Source of the DNA: Blochmannia endosymbiont of Camponotus modoc
GTDB taxonomy: Bacteria > Pseudomonadota > Gammaproteobacteria > Enterobacterales > Enterobacteriaceae
DNA: 32,000 bases
NCBI RefSeq assembly: GCF_023585785.1
Contig: NZ_CP097765.1
Span: 90,001 to 122,000 of the forward strand
Direction of reading: 5' to 3'
This document shows, in pieces, positions 1 through 9,241 of the stretch. The position numbers were made by a program, and so were the translations under genes. How positions within the stretch are numbered: position 1 is the stretch's first letter; each line of letters opens with the position of its first letter. The notes beneath the pieces are model-generated. The model did not search any database and was not told the DNA's origin. It saw nothing but the letters and a program-made list of their open reading frames with translations.

Positions 1-2
1 CG

Positions 3-275
3 TCAGGAAAAAAAAATAAGCCGAACTGGTTTATGCAAATTGTTAATTTTTGGATCAGAAAGTATCTGTTTAAGCAATTTAATCAATTTGACCCTGATTG
101 GTATAATGGCGCTCACTTGGTAGGTTTGCGTAGTACGGTAATAAAAAGTCATGGAGCAGCTAATCAACACGCATTTATCGCCGCTATCACACAGGCAATG
201 CATTCCGTGGAACGGGAGGTTCCAGAAAAAATTTCTCATCAATTAAGCGCAGTGCTATCTAAAAATAATCATTAA
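3..275 (+). CDS. plsX: Phosphate acyltransferase PlsX, C-terminal fragment (gene begins upstream of the window)
   Basis: Frame 3 is open from the window edge. The translation ...[32 protein letters not shown]... carries the conserved PlsX C-terminal block (G..VKSHG.A...AF..AI). The gene lies directly upstream of fabH, as in the enterobacterial plsX-fabHDG-acpP cluster. Confidence 0.85.
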   Translation, partial: SGKKNKPNWFMQIVNFWIRKYLFKQFNQFDPDWYNGAHLVGLRSTVIKSHGAANQHAFIAAITQAMHSVEREVPEKISHQLSAVLSKNNH

Positions 276-280
276 TATAC

Positions 281-1234
281 ATGTTTACTAGAATTCTTGG
301 AACAGGGAGTTATTTACCTAAAAACATTAGATCTAATATTGTTTTAGAAAAAATGGTAGATACATCGCATGAATGGATTGTCGCTCGTACTGGTATTCAA
401 GAACGGCGCATTTCTACCTCTGATGAAACTGTTGCCAAAATGGGTTATTTTGCTGCTAAAAGAGCTTTAGATATGTCTTGTGTGCACGCTGACAAAGTAG
501 GGATTATTATTGTTGCAACTACATCTTCCAGCCATGCATTTCCTAGTTCAGCATGTCAAATTCAACGTGATCTACATATACGAGATACTATTGCCTTCGA
601 CTTATCAGCAGCTTGTTCTGGATTTGTTTATGCACTAGGTGTAGCGGATCAATATGTTAAAAATGGAAGCGTAGATTATGCTTTGGTTGTAGGGTCAGAT
701 ACTTTAAGTCATACTTTAAATCCTAGAGATCGTGGAACGTTGGTTTTATTTGGGGATGGAGCAGGAGCAGTAGTACTTGGTCGCTCGAAAACACCAGGTA
801 TTATTTCTATTCACTTACATGCAGATGGAGATCATGGGGATTTATTGACTCTTCCTAATTGTAATAGGAAGAGTCCTTCTATATCTAATTATTTAACCAT
901 GTCTGGCAACAAAGTATTTAAAATAGCTGTTTCTGTTTTAGCACGTGTTATAGATGAAACTTTGAATGTTAATAATTTACATCAAGCTGAATTAGATTGG
1001 TTAGTCCCGCATCAGGCTAATTTAAGAATTATTTCTGCTACTGCTAAACGATTAGATATGGATATGAGAAAAGTAGTAATTACGATTGACAGACATGGGA
1101 ATACATCTGCAGCTTCTGTTCCTTTAGCGTTAGATGAAGCTGTACGTGATGGTCGTATCAAGTCAGGTCAATTAGTATTACTAGAAGCGTTTGGGGCTGG
1201 ATTTACCTGGGGTTCAGCGTTGTTACGGTTTTAA
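281..1234 (+). CDS. fabH: 3-oxoacyl-ACP synthase III (KAS III)
   Basis: 317 aa, the same length class as E. coli FabH. The N-terminus [13 protein letters not shown] is FabH-like. Catalytic Cys (DLSAACSGF), His (VPHQAN) and Asn (HGNTSAAS) are present, and the fabH-fabD-fabG synteny is conserved. Confidence 0.96.
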   Translation: MFTRILGTGSYLPKNIRSNIVLEKMVDTSHEWIVARTGIQERRISTSDETVAKMGYFAAKRALDMSCVHADKVGIIIVATTSSSHAFPSSACQIQRDLHIRDTIAFDLSAACSGFVYALGVADQYVKNGSVDYALVVGSDTLSHTLNPRDRGTLVLFGDGAGAVVLGRSKTPGIISIHLHADGDHGDLLTLPNCNRKSPSISNYLTMSGNKVFKIAVSVLARVIDETLNVNNLHQAELDWLVPHQANLRIISATAKRLDMDMRKVVITIDRHGNTSAASVPLALDEAVRDGRIKSGQLVLLEAFGAGFTWGSALLRF

Positions 1235-1257
1235 TTATGAGAGGAATATTAATTATT

Positions 1258-2196
1258 ATGAATATATTAGCGGTAGTATTTCCAGGACAGGCAGCTCAAC
1301 AAGTAGGGATGCTAAACACTCTTTCGGAACATTATCCGTTAGTAAAAGAGACTTTTTCTGAAGTATCGGAGGTTCTAGGTTATGATATATGGAAATTGGT
1401 ACAACGTGGGCCTGCTACAGAATTAAATAAAACTTATCGAGCACAGCCGGCTATTTTAACAGCTTCAGTAGCTATTTGGAGAATATGGAAACAACAGGGA
1501 GGTTGTACACCAAAGATAATGGCTGGTCATAGTTTAGGAGAATATTCTGCTTTAGTATGCGCGGAAGGTATGGATTTGCATTCTGCAGTTAAATTAGTAA
1601 TGATACGTGGTATGTTGATGCAAGAAGTAGTACCGTATGGACGTGGAGCTATGTCTGTAATTATCGGGCTCAGTGATGATGTTGTTTTTGAATTATGCAA
1701 AGCAGTACAACAAGATCAAATTGTTTCTCCTGCTAGTTTTAATGGGCCTGGACATGTAGTTATTGCCGGACATAAAGAAGCAGTAAATCGTGTCAATTTG
1801 TGTTGTAAAAATGCAGGTGCAAAACATATACTTATGCTGCCGATTAGTGTTCCATCGCATTGCTCATTAATGAAACCAGTAGTTGTAAAGTTCAGAAAAG
1901 AATTAGAAAAAATCGTTATCACTACTCCTAGAATACCAGTAGTAAATAATGTTGATGCGTGTGTTGAGTGGGAACCTAAAGATATTCGTAATGCATTAAT
2001 ACGGCAATTATATACTCCGGTGCGTTGGAATGAAATCATGCAATATTGCATTCATCAAAAAATTAAGAGATTTTTAGAAATGGGACCTGGTAAAATATTA
2101 ACTGGATTGATACGTAATACTGTTAGTGATGTGTTTAGTTTGTCAGTAAATGATCCTGTTTCTTTATCAGAAGCAATTAGAATTAATAAGAATTAA
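1258..2196 (+). CDS. fabD: Malonyl-CoA:ACP transacylase
   Basis: MNILAVVFPGQ aligns to the E. coli FabD N-terminus (..FAFVFPGQGSQ). The active-site GHSLGEYSA is present. I chose the ATG at 1258 rather than the ORF-track 1237 because it restores the E. coli N-terminal alignment and follows a GAGG at about 1240-1245. Confidence 0.93.
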   Translation: MNILAVVFPGQAAQQVGMLNTLSEHYPLVKETFSEVSEVLGYDIWKLVQRGPATELNKTYRAQPAILTASVAIWRIWKQQGGCTPKIMAGHSLGEYSALVCAEGMDLHSAVKLVMIRGMLMQEVVPYGRGAMSVIIGLSDDVVFELCKAVQQDQIVSPASFNGPGHVVIAGHKEAVNRVNLCCKNAGAKHILMLPISVPSHCSLMKPVVVKFRKELEKIVITTPRIPVVNNVDACVEWEPKDIRNALIRQLYTPVRWNEIMQYCIHQKIKRFLEMGPGKILTGLIRNTVSDVFSLSVNDPVSLSEAIRINKN

Positions 2197-2225
2197 TATA
2201 TTTGTATAAGAGGAGTATATGTAGG

Positions 2226-2960
2226 ATGAATTTTAATGGAAAAATTGTCTTAGTAACTGGTGCTCGTCGCGGTATTGGTCGTGCTATTATCGAAATGTTT
2301 GCAATATATGGAGCTACTGTAATAGGAACTGCAACTAGTGAATTAGGCGTGAAAGACATTAATAGGTATTTAAGAAATCAAGGGAAAGGGATGCAATTGA
2401 ATGTTGCGGATAAATGTTCTGTCGATCTTTTTTTTGAAAAAATGCGTCAAGAATTTGATAGTGTTGATATATTAGTGAATAATGCTGGTATCGTTCAAGA
2501 TAATATTTTGTTATATATGAAAGATGATGCATGGCAATCTGTTATTGATGTAAATTTAACTGCTGTATACCGTATGTCTAAAGCGGTAATAAAATCGATG
2601 ATAAAAAAACATTATGGTAGAATTATTAATATTGGTTCTGTAGTTGGTGTTATGGGCAACGCTGGGCAATCAAATTATTCGGCTGCTAAATCAGGGTTGA
2701 TTGGGTTCACAAAATCTTTAGCTCGTGAAGTTGCTTCGAGAGGCATTACGGTTAATCTGGTAACACCAGGATTTATTTGTACAGATATGGTTAAAAAATT
2801 AACTGATAAACAAAAAAATGATATTTTATTACAAATACCAGTTAATCGTTTTGGAGATCCAAAAGATGTGGCTTATGCGGTAATATTTTTTGCCTCTGAT
2901 CATTCAAACTATATTACTGGACAAACGATGCATATTAACGGGGGAATGTATATGGGTTAA
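2226..2960 (+). CDS. fabG: 3-oxoacyl-ACP reductase
   Basis: MNFNGKIVLVTGARRGIGRAI matches E. coli FabG MNFEGKIALVTGASRGIGRAI. The SDR triad context GSVVG...NYSAAKSG is present. Starting at ATG 2226 gives 244 aa, as in E. coli, and AGGAG at 2210-2214 precedes it. The ORF-track TTG at 2202 is rejected. Confidence 0.95.
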   Translation: MNFNGKIVLVTGARRGIGRAIIEMFAIYGATVIGTATSELGVKDINRYLRNQGKGMQLNVADKCSVDLFFEKMRQEFDSVDILVNNAGIVQDNILLYMKDDAWQSVIDVNLTAVYRMSKAVIKSMIKKHYGRIINIGSVVGVMGNAGQSNYSAAKSGLIGFTKSLAREVASRGITVNLVTPGFICTDMVKKLTDKQKNDILLQIPVNRFGDPKDVAYAVIFFASDHSNYITGQTMHINGGMYMG

Positions 2961-3093
2961 TTTATTCTATGTGATTTATTTTAAATAAAAATATAAGAAA
3001 ATAAAAATGTATTTTATTCATCGTTTGCAGTGTGGTGTGTTTTATATTTTTGGATACTATTATATAAGCGCATGTTGATAGGAAAATAAAAAT

Positions 3094-3345
3094 ATGAGTA
3101 CTATAGAAGAAAAAGTAAAAACAATTATCTCTGAACAATTAGGGGTTAAACAAGAGGAAGTAGTAAATCATGCTTCATTTGTTGATGATCTTGGAGCTGA
3201 TTCTCTTGATACTGTTGAGTTGGTTATGGCGTTAGAGGAAGAGTTTGATACTGAAATTCCAGATGAAGAAGCTGAGAAAATTACAACTGTTCAGGCGGCA
3301 ATAGATTTTATTAGTAATAGTCATCAACAAAATAAGAGTAATTAA
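3094..3345 (+). CDS. acpP: Acyl carrier protein
   Basis: [23 protein letters not shown]...[19 protein letters not shown] is near-identical to E. coli AcpP, including the DSL phosphopantetheine site. It has a short extra C-terminal tail (NSHQQNKSN). Confidence 0.97.
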   Translation: MSTIEEKVKTIISEQLGVKQEEVVNHASFVDDLGADSLDTVELVMALEEEFDTEIPDEEAEKITTVQAAIDFISNSHQQNKSN

Positions 3346-3976
3346 TTATAAACTGATATCTTTATCTTGTTGTATTAAATAATATATGAATGATTTTTAG
3401 CGCATTATATTCATAATCATAATATAAATTGAATTCTATTGGAGATAGTTCTTGTTATGTATACATTTGATTAAATGTGCAAGTATTATATTTATCTAGG
3501 TTAATAACTTAATATACTGATTAAGTGTAAGCGCGTATTATTGATTAATAAATTCACGAATTATTTCTTATGAATAAATCGAATTATAGTATGAAAAATA
3601 GTAATAATAGTATATGAACATTAAAAGATAGTAGTTTCAAAAAATCTGTTTCTATAGAGAACATTATGAATATTAGTATAAATCGTTTTGTTTTATTATA
3701 ATATCAAAGATATTATAAGAGCTATATGATAATCAGGTTAGAATAAAAATTTGTGTACATAGAGATATAGGGTAAGATAGATATTAATTGTATGTGTGCT
3801 GATATTATATGCGTTAATGTGTGATTATGTTTATTTTAATGTGAGTAACGCATAGTGCATATAAATAAAAAATAATTGTTTATCTTTTTGTTGTGTATGA
3901 TCATTAAGAATTGTTTTAGTATTAATTATATTAAATAATTATTAACATTATTAAACATTTACTGATTGAGATTAAC

Positions 3977-4801
3977 ATGTATTGGGTGAATGGAATTTCA
4001 AAAAAAACAATATCATTAAATAATCGTGCTTTACATTTTGGGGATGGATTTTTTACGACTGCTAAAGTACAGAATGGAAAAATAGATTTTTTAGATTGGC
4101 ATATGGATAGATTGGTTATCTCAGCAAAAAGGTTAATATTTAACAATTTTAATTTTAATCTTCTATATAAAGAAATGCAGCAAGCGGCTGCATATAATGA
4201 TATATATAGTGTTATTAAAGTAATAATAAGTAGGAGTAATAGTCACAGATTATATGGATATCGATGTAATAATGATATTGAACCATTACGTATAATTCAT
4301 GTTAGTCGATTGCCAAAATATTACGCGCGCTGGATTCATTCTGGGATTCGCTTAAGAACGAGTATTGTGCGGTTAGCACGTAATGCTTGCTTGGCAGGAA
4401 TAAAGCATCTTAATAGATTGGAACAAGTTATGATTGCCATTTGGGTAAGCAAAAGCGAAACAACTGATGAAGCACTAGTTTTAGACACTGATGGAAACGT
4501 GGTAGAATGTTGTAGTGCCAATATTTTTTGGAGATATAAATACCAAGTATTTACTCCATCTTTATATTATTCTGGTGTTAATGGAATTATGCGTCAATTG
4601 GTATTAAAATTATTACCAAAATTAGGCTACTGTATACGAGAAGTGATGGTTGGACCTGAACATTTAAAAAGTGCAAATGAAGTTTTTATTACAAATTCTT
4701 TATTACCGTTAGCGCCAGTTAATTCAATTGATGATTGTGTGTATTCGGATAGGACATTATTTCATTTGCTACATTTTCATGTTATACATAATAAAATTTA
4801 A
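3977..4801 (+). CDS. pabC: Aminodeoxychorismate lyase (class IV PLP enzyme)
   Basis: 274 aa versus 269 aa in E. coli. Colinear matches are RALHFGDGFFTT (E. coli RATQFGDGCFTT), LAGIKHLNRLEQV (identical core containing the PLP lysine), DEALVLDTDGNVVECCSANIFW and GVNGIMRQ. Confidence 0.92.
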   Translation: MYWVNGISKKTISLNNRALHFGDGFFTTAKVQNGKIDFLDWHMDRLVISAKRLIFNNFNFNLLYKEMQQAAAYNDIYSVIKVIISRSNSHRLYGYRCNNDIEPLRIIHVSRLPKYYARWIHSGIRLRTSIVRLARNACLAGIKHLNRLEQVMIAIWVSKSETTDEALVLDTDGNVVECCSANIFWRYKYQVFTPSLYYSGVNGIMRQLVLKLLPKLGYCIREVMVGPEHLKSANEVFITNSLLPLAPVNSIDDCVYSDRTLFHLLHFHVIHNKI

Positions 4802-5189
4802 AATATTTACAATGTTGTTTAAAATAATATATATATAAAATATTTATGCTCTCTGTTAGTTATAATTATATGTTGTATTAATTTCTTTAAAAGTAACTAA
4901 TAATTTCAATAATAATTGTTATTTAAGATATTACTATGTAGAGTAAAACATGATATTTGCATCCGTAGGATATAAATCGTGTTTGGCAATCCTTGTAAGA
5001 TTGATTAGGTTTTATTATTTTGGGTTTTATGGTTATATATTTGAAAAGATACGATTAGAGCATATATAAGATTATATGTTTTAATTATTGTTTATTTTCA
5101 TCAATATATGAAATTTTATGGACTTTAATAAATAATTAAATAATTAAATAAAAACGATTACACACATTTATATCAGGATGCTCTATGCT

Positions 5190-5825
5190 ATGGACAATAG
5201 GTTTATTACGATTGAAGGGTTAGATGGCGCTGGAAAAACTACTATTACTCATAGAATAAGTAAATACTTAAAAAATCAATATGGTGTAACCAATATTTTG
5301 ACTACTCATGAACCCGGTGGGACGCCAGTTTCGGATTTTTTACGTGTATTGATTAAATATGGCGGTCCTATGAATGAACCTATCAATAGTATATCAGAAT
5401 TATTAATGATATACGCTGCGCGATTACAATTGATAGAAAATGTTATTAAACCATCCTTATCTCAAGGTTATTGGGTAATTGGAGATAGATTTGATTTGTC
5501 TTCTCAGGCGTATCAAGGAGGCGGAAGAGAAATTGATATATTATTGTTACATGCTTTATCAGATAGGATCACAAATACCTTATCTCCAGATTTGACATTT
5601 TATCTTGATATTTCTCCAGAATTAAGCATATCTCGTATAAATCATAGACAGAAATTAGATCGTATTGAACAGGAGCCTCTGAGTTTTTTTGATCGCGTGC
5701 GTTCTTGTTACAAAAAATTAGCTTCTGAAAGAAAAAATATTGTCACGATTGATGCTACTCAAAGTTTAGAAGAAGTTTCCGTGTCTATTTATAGACATTT
5801 AGATTGGTGGTTCTTGCATCCGTAG
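5190..5825 (+). CDS. tmk: Thymidylate kinase
   Basis: MDNRFITIEGLDGAGKTT aligns residue-for-residue with E. coli MRSKYIVIEGLEGAGKTT. TREPGGT-like HEPGGTP and the DRF..SS.AYQG block are present. I prefer ATG 5190 (AGGA 12 nt upstream) over the ORF-track ATG 5178, so the start is uncertain by 12 nt. Confidence 0.93.
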   Translation: MDNRFITIEGLDGAGKTTITHRISKYLKNQYGVTNILTTHEPGGTPVSDFLRVLIKYGGPMNEPINSISELLMIYAARLQLIENVIKPSLSQGYWVIGDRFDLSSQAYQGGGREIDILLLHALSDRITNTLSPDLTFYLDISPELSISRINHRQKLDRIEQEPLSFFDRVRSCYKKLASERKNIVTIDATQSLEEVSVSIYRHLDWWFLHP

Positions 5826-5837
5826 GAATAATCTATA

Positions 5838-6839
5838 ATGAGATGGTATCCTTGGTTAGATAGTACTTATAATCAAATATTAAATGCTTATCAACAAGAT
5901 AGAGGACATCATGCTCTACTTTTAAATAGTAAACGAAACAATGGTGAAAATACTTTAATTTATGCTATTGCACGTTGGTTAATTTGTTCTCATCCTGACG
6001 CGAATCGATATTGCAATATTTGTTATGATTGTAGATTAATGAACGTAGGACATCATCCAGATTATTACGAAATAGGTCCTGAAAATAATACTCAAACTAT
6101 AGGTGTAGATACTATGCGTGCTTGTATTAATTCTTTACGCAAACATGCATGCCGAAGCAAAGTAAAAATTATATATATAGAATATGTGGAATGTTTAACG
6201 GATCAGGCTGTTAATGCATTGTTAAAAACACTTGATGAACCCCCAACAAATACTTATTTTTTTTTTAAAACTCGAGATTACATGAAAATATCATTAACGT
6301 TGTTGAGTCGATGTATGCGATGGTCTATTATATCTCCGAAAGAATCGATAGGATTACAGTGGTTAATGAAAAATAGAGAAGGGATAAGTGATATTTTGTT
6401 GGCACAATGCGCATTACGGTTGTGTGATGGATCGCCTATAGAAGCTGCAGATATGTTTAAATTAGGTTTATGGAAACAACGATTAGAATTGTGCAAATGT
6501 ATAAATTATGTAATTGCAAACGGGGATTTTTTAAAACTTGTGCCATTTTTAAATACTTGTAAGAATGATGTATATTTGTATTGGTTTATAACTGTACTTG
6601 TAGATGCATTAAAATGGAAGAAAGGGATAAAAAAAAGATTTTTAATAAATTTAGATCAAGTAGAATTGATTACTGTTATTACAGTTCATTGGAGTATTGT
6701 ATCTTTAAGTCGTCAGTTACAACAATGGTTGGTGCTGTTACGTTATTTTCAAGAATTTACTAATATTGATCGCGAGTTATTATTGACTTATCGATTATTA
6801 AACTGGCAACAAGATATTGTTGAATCTTGTTTGTATTAA
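5838..6839 (+). CDS. holB: DNA polymerase III delta-prime subunit
   Basis: MRWYPWL is identical to the E. coli HolB N-terminus. GHHALLL, the four-Cys zinc module (C..C..C..C around CNICYDC), HPDYY and ALLKTLDEPP are present. The tmk-holB-ycfH synteny is conserved. Confidence 0.94.
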   Translation: MRWYPWLDSTYNQILNAYQQDRGHHALLLNSKRNNGENTLIYAIARWLICSHPDANRYCNICYDCRLMNVGHHPDYYEIGPENNTQTIGVDTMRACINSLRKHACRSKVKIIYIEYVECLTDQAVNALLKTLDEPPTNTYFFFKTRDYMKISLTLLSRCMRWSIISPKESIGLQWLMKNREGISDILLAQCALRLCDGSPIEAADMFKLGLWKQRLELCKCINYVIANGDFLKLVPFLNTCKNDVYLYWFITVLVDALKWKKGIKKRFLINLDQVELITVITVHWSIVSLSRQLQQWLVLLRYFQEFTNIDRELLLTYRLLNWQQDIVESCLY

Positions 6840-6855
6840 TGGAGTATATAATGTT

Positions 6856-7641
6856 ATGTTTTTGGTGGATTCCCATTGTCATTTAAATCAATTGAATTAT
6901 CAAGATGTTCACAAAAATGTCTCAGATGTGTTAAAAAAAGCTAAACAAAAGGGGGTTCAATTAGTCTTGTCGGTCAGTCTTACTATGTCGGATTATGATG
7001 ATATGGTAAAATTAATCGGATATAGAAGTGATGTTGTGTTTTCTTGTGGAGTACATCCCACACATATATATGATATTAATAATTTTGACAGCGAAAAATT
7101 GTATGTTTTGTCTTCTAAAAGGAATGTAGTAGCTATCGGTGAAACTGGATTGGATTATTATCATCGATTAGAATCAGATAGCAAAAAAAAGCAAAAAAAA
7201 GCATTTAGAGAACATATTCGTGTTGCTAAAGTAGCAAAAAAGCCAATTATTGTACATAGTCGCGATTCTTGCAAGGATACTGTCACTCTTTTACGATCAG
7301 AAGAAGCAGAGGAATGTGGTGGTGTATTGCATTGTTTTAGCGAAGATATAGATACTGCAAGATTATTGTTAAATCTCAATTTTTATATATCTTTTTCTGG
7401 AATGATAACGTTTACTAAATCTTATATGATGCAGGAAGTAATTAAATATGTACCTTCCGACCGTATTTTGTTAGAAACTGATTCTCCTTATCTAACTCCA
7501 GTTCCTTATAGAGGGCAAGAGAATCAACCTGCTTACATATATGAAATTGCCAAATACGTAGCGTCTATAAAAAATATAAATATAGATGAGTTAGCAGCCA
7601 TCACTACATCTAATTTTCGTACCTTATTTCATTTGAAATAA
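6856..7641 (+). CDS. ycfH: TatD-family metal-dependent DNase/hydrolase YcfH
   Basis: MFLVDSHCHL is identical to the E. coli YcfH start. FSCGVHP, GETGLDYY, IVHSRD, GGVLHCF, FYISFSG, ETDSPYL and ENQPA are all conserved. ATG 6856 is preceded by GGAG at 6841-6844, so the ORF-track start at 6817 is rejected. Confidence 0.93.
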   Translation: MFLVDSHCHLNQLNYQDVHKNVSDVLKKAKQKGVQLVLSVSLTMSDYDDMVKLIGYRSDVVFSCGVHPTHIYDINNFDSEKLYVLSSKRNVVAIGETGLDYYHRLESDSKKKQKKAFREHIRVAKVAKKPIIVHSRDSCKDTVTLLRSEEAEECGGVLHCFSEDIDTARLLLNLNFYISFSGMITFTKSYMMQEVIKYVPSDRILLETDSPYLTPVPYRGQENQPAYIYEIAKYVASIKNINIDELAAITTSNFRTLFHLK

Positions 7642-7918
7642 AATTATAATAATATTATGTATTAATTTGTATGTATGTATGAATAGATTATTGTTCGTAT
7701 TTTTGTTAATTTTTAGAGTATAATAATTATACTGGCGTTGAATTGTGCTTCAGTTAATGTGAGATTCATTGATGTGGTAATTATAGAACAAAATATAAGG
7801 GATAGTATTTTGAAGTAATGTAGTATCTGTATTTGTTGTTTTAAGAGTATAATGTTATTTGGTGTATTTAAAAAAAATTATTGTAGAATTCATATGATTT
7901 TTAGGAATAGAATAAGTT

Positions 7919-8269
7919 ATGAAAAAAGACAATATTTTTATGAATATTATTCAAAAAAAAGTTGAAACCGATATCTTATATCAAGATGAGTTAGTTACCG
8001 CATTTTATGATTTAAATCCTAAGGCACCTGTTCATGTATTAATTGTTCCTAATATCTTGATTCCTACTGTTAATCATGTAACAACTCATGATGAAATAAT
8101 ATTAGGTAGATTATTTATAGTAGCAGCAAAAATCGCTGCACAAAAGAATATACATTCTTCAGGTTATCGTTTAATAGTTAATTGTAATGATCATTCTGGC
8201 CAAGAAATTTATCATCTTCATATGCATTTATTAGGTGGAAAGCCTTTGGGTCCTTTGTTGCAGAAGTAA
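7919..8269 (+). CDS. hinT: Purine nucleoside phosphoramidase, HIT family
   Basis: 116 aa. IFMNIIQKK...ILYQDELVTAF...APVHVLIVPNILIPTVN...GYRLIVNCN..GQEIYHLHMHLLGG.PLGP matches E. coli HinT throughout, including the HxHxH histidine triad. Confidence 0.94.
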   Translation: MKKDNIFMNIIQKKVETDILYQDELVTAFYDLNPKAPVHVLIVPNILIPTVNHVTTHDEIILGRLFIVAAKIAAQKNIHSSGYRLIVNCNDHSGQEIYHLHMHLLGGKPLGPLLQK

Positions 8270-8458
8270 CATAGTTTGATTAAAAATGAATTTTTAAATC
8301 AATTGTGCGTTTTTTTTAAATAAGATAGCGTACTTATATATATGCATGATGCATAGATAACGAAGCGCGGTGCTTGTTGTATCAAATTCATATAATTAAA
8401 TAAAAAATTTAAAAAAAGTAATATTAAATTTTATTGTCAACAATAGAATATATATATT

Positions 8459-8995
8459 ATGATTGTAAATAAACAAATAATGTATCTATTTCTTAGTATG
8501 ATTTTTTTAGATAATATTGGTTTGTGTGACAATAATGTGCCTATTTTGACGACAGAACCTACTTTATTAATACCACAAAAAATTAATTTAATTAATTGGC
8601 AACCGGTTTTATTAAGAATGCTTCAGAGTGTATTTTTTTTTGATAGTATCGAACGTGATAGCGTATTATTGGTAAATATGGTAAAGAATAAAACTGATGG
8701 TATTTTGCAGTCTAGCAAAATTACGAATATTTTGATTAATTATATTATAGAGAATACCAGCAAATATAATGTTATCGATATGGAAGTACTGTATTCTGTG
8801 TATAGGAAATTAGGTATGTTGCCAGAAGATAATAGAAATTCTTATAGTTTTTCTATGAAAATTGCAAATTATTTAAAAGCTAATTATATTTTGTATGGCA
8901 CTGCCTATGGAGATGCATTAAAACCAAATTTAGAATTGCAATTAATATCCGTTAAGACCGGTGAGATTTTACGTGTTGTCAATAGTTCTGTATAG
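8459..8995 (+). CDS. lpoB: Penicillin-binding protein 1B activator LpoB-like lipoprotein (ycfM homologue)
   Basis: The C-terminal two-thirds align to E. coli LpoB: SVLLVNMVKNKTDGIL versus SVLLVDSVNNRTNGSL; LGMLPED versus LGLSPQD; NYILYGTA versus HYVLYSSA; LELQLISVKTGEIL versus LQMQLMLVQTGEII. The position after hinT matches E. coli hinT-ycfL-lpoB. The N-terminal signal/lipobox is atypical (see findings). Confidence 0.8.
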   Translation: MIVNKQIMYLFLSMIFLDNIGLCDNNVPILTTEPTLLIPQKINLINWQPVLLRMLQSVFFFDSIERDSVLLVNMVKNKTDGILQSSKITNILINYIIENTSKYNVIDMEVLYSVYRKLGMLPEDNRNSYSFSMKIANYLKANYILYGTAYGDALKPNLELQLISVKTGEILRVVNSSV

Positions 8996-9241
8996 AGGAT
9001 ATGAAAAGTTCTTAATAATATTGAAATGTTAGTAATTTAAAAAACTCTTTTAAGAGACTGAGAAATATAATACTGAGGAATAATTCAGTTATTAAAATTT
9101 AATTAAAGTAATTATATTTATAATTTCAATAAATTTTGTATCTGTATGCATATGTGTATGTAATCATATATTTCATATAATGTAAAATATATGATTGTGT
9201 ATTATTTTTTTATATTTATGAGGTAACTTAAACAAATATTG

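Noticed and set aside
3-242. 79-aa ORF on the minus strand, antisense to the plsX 3' end
   Set aside because: It lies entirely inside a well-supported conserved CDS on the other strand. It has no recognisable domain and is a typical shadow ORF.
1237-1257. Longer ORF-track N-terminal extensions for fabD (1237), fabG (TTG 2202), ycfH (6817), serC (30184), tmk (5178) and lolC (TTG 9239)
   Set aside because: Internal ATGs restore the exact E. coli N-terminal alignments and lengths, and they have better-placed purine-rich RBSs. The extensions add non-conserved residues.
1716-2051. 111-aa minus-strand ORF inside fabD
   Set aside because: It is antisense to a strongly conserved gene and has no similarity I recognise, so it is a shadow ORF.
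3931-4146. 71-aa minus-strand ORF overlapping the pabC start. Similar short ORFs lie inside other genes at 4336-4521, 6278-6496, 6581-6763, 7161-7379, 10543-10770, 11184-11372, 13001-13189, 14729-14911 and 25266-25454.
   Set aside because: All are nested in, or antisense to, conserved genes. None has a recognisable motif or an independent RBS.
7700-7860. Sigma70-like promoter hexamers, such as TTGTTA...TATAAT, and the recurring AGAGTATAAT words at about 7718-7730 and 7846-7857
   Set aside because: TATAAT-like and TTGACA-like words occur everywhere in AT-rich DNA, and the spacing to the -35-like hexamers is wrong (about 10 nt). I cannot support promoter calls without transcription start data.
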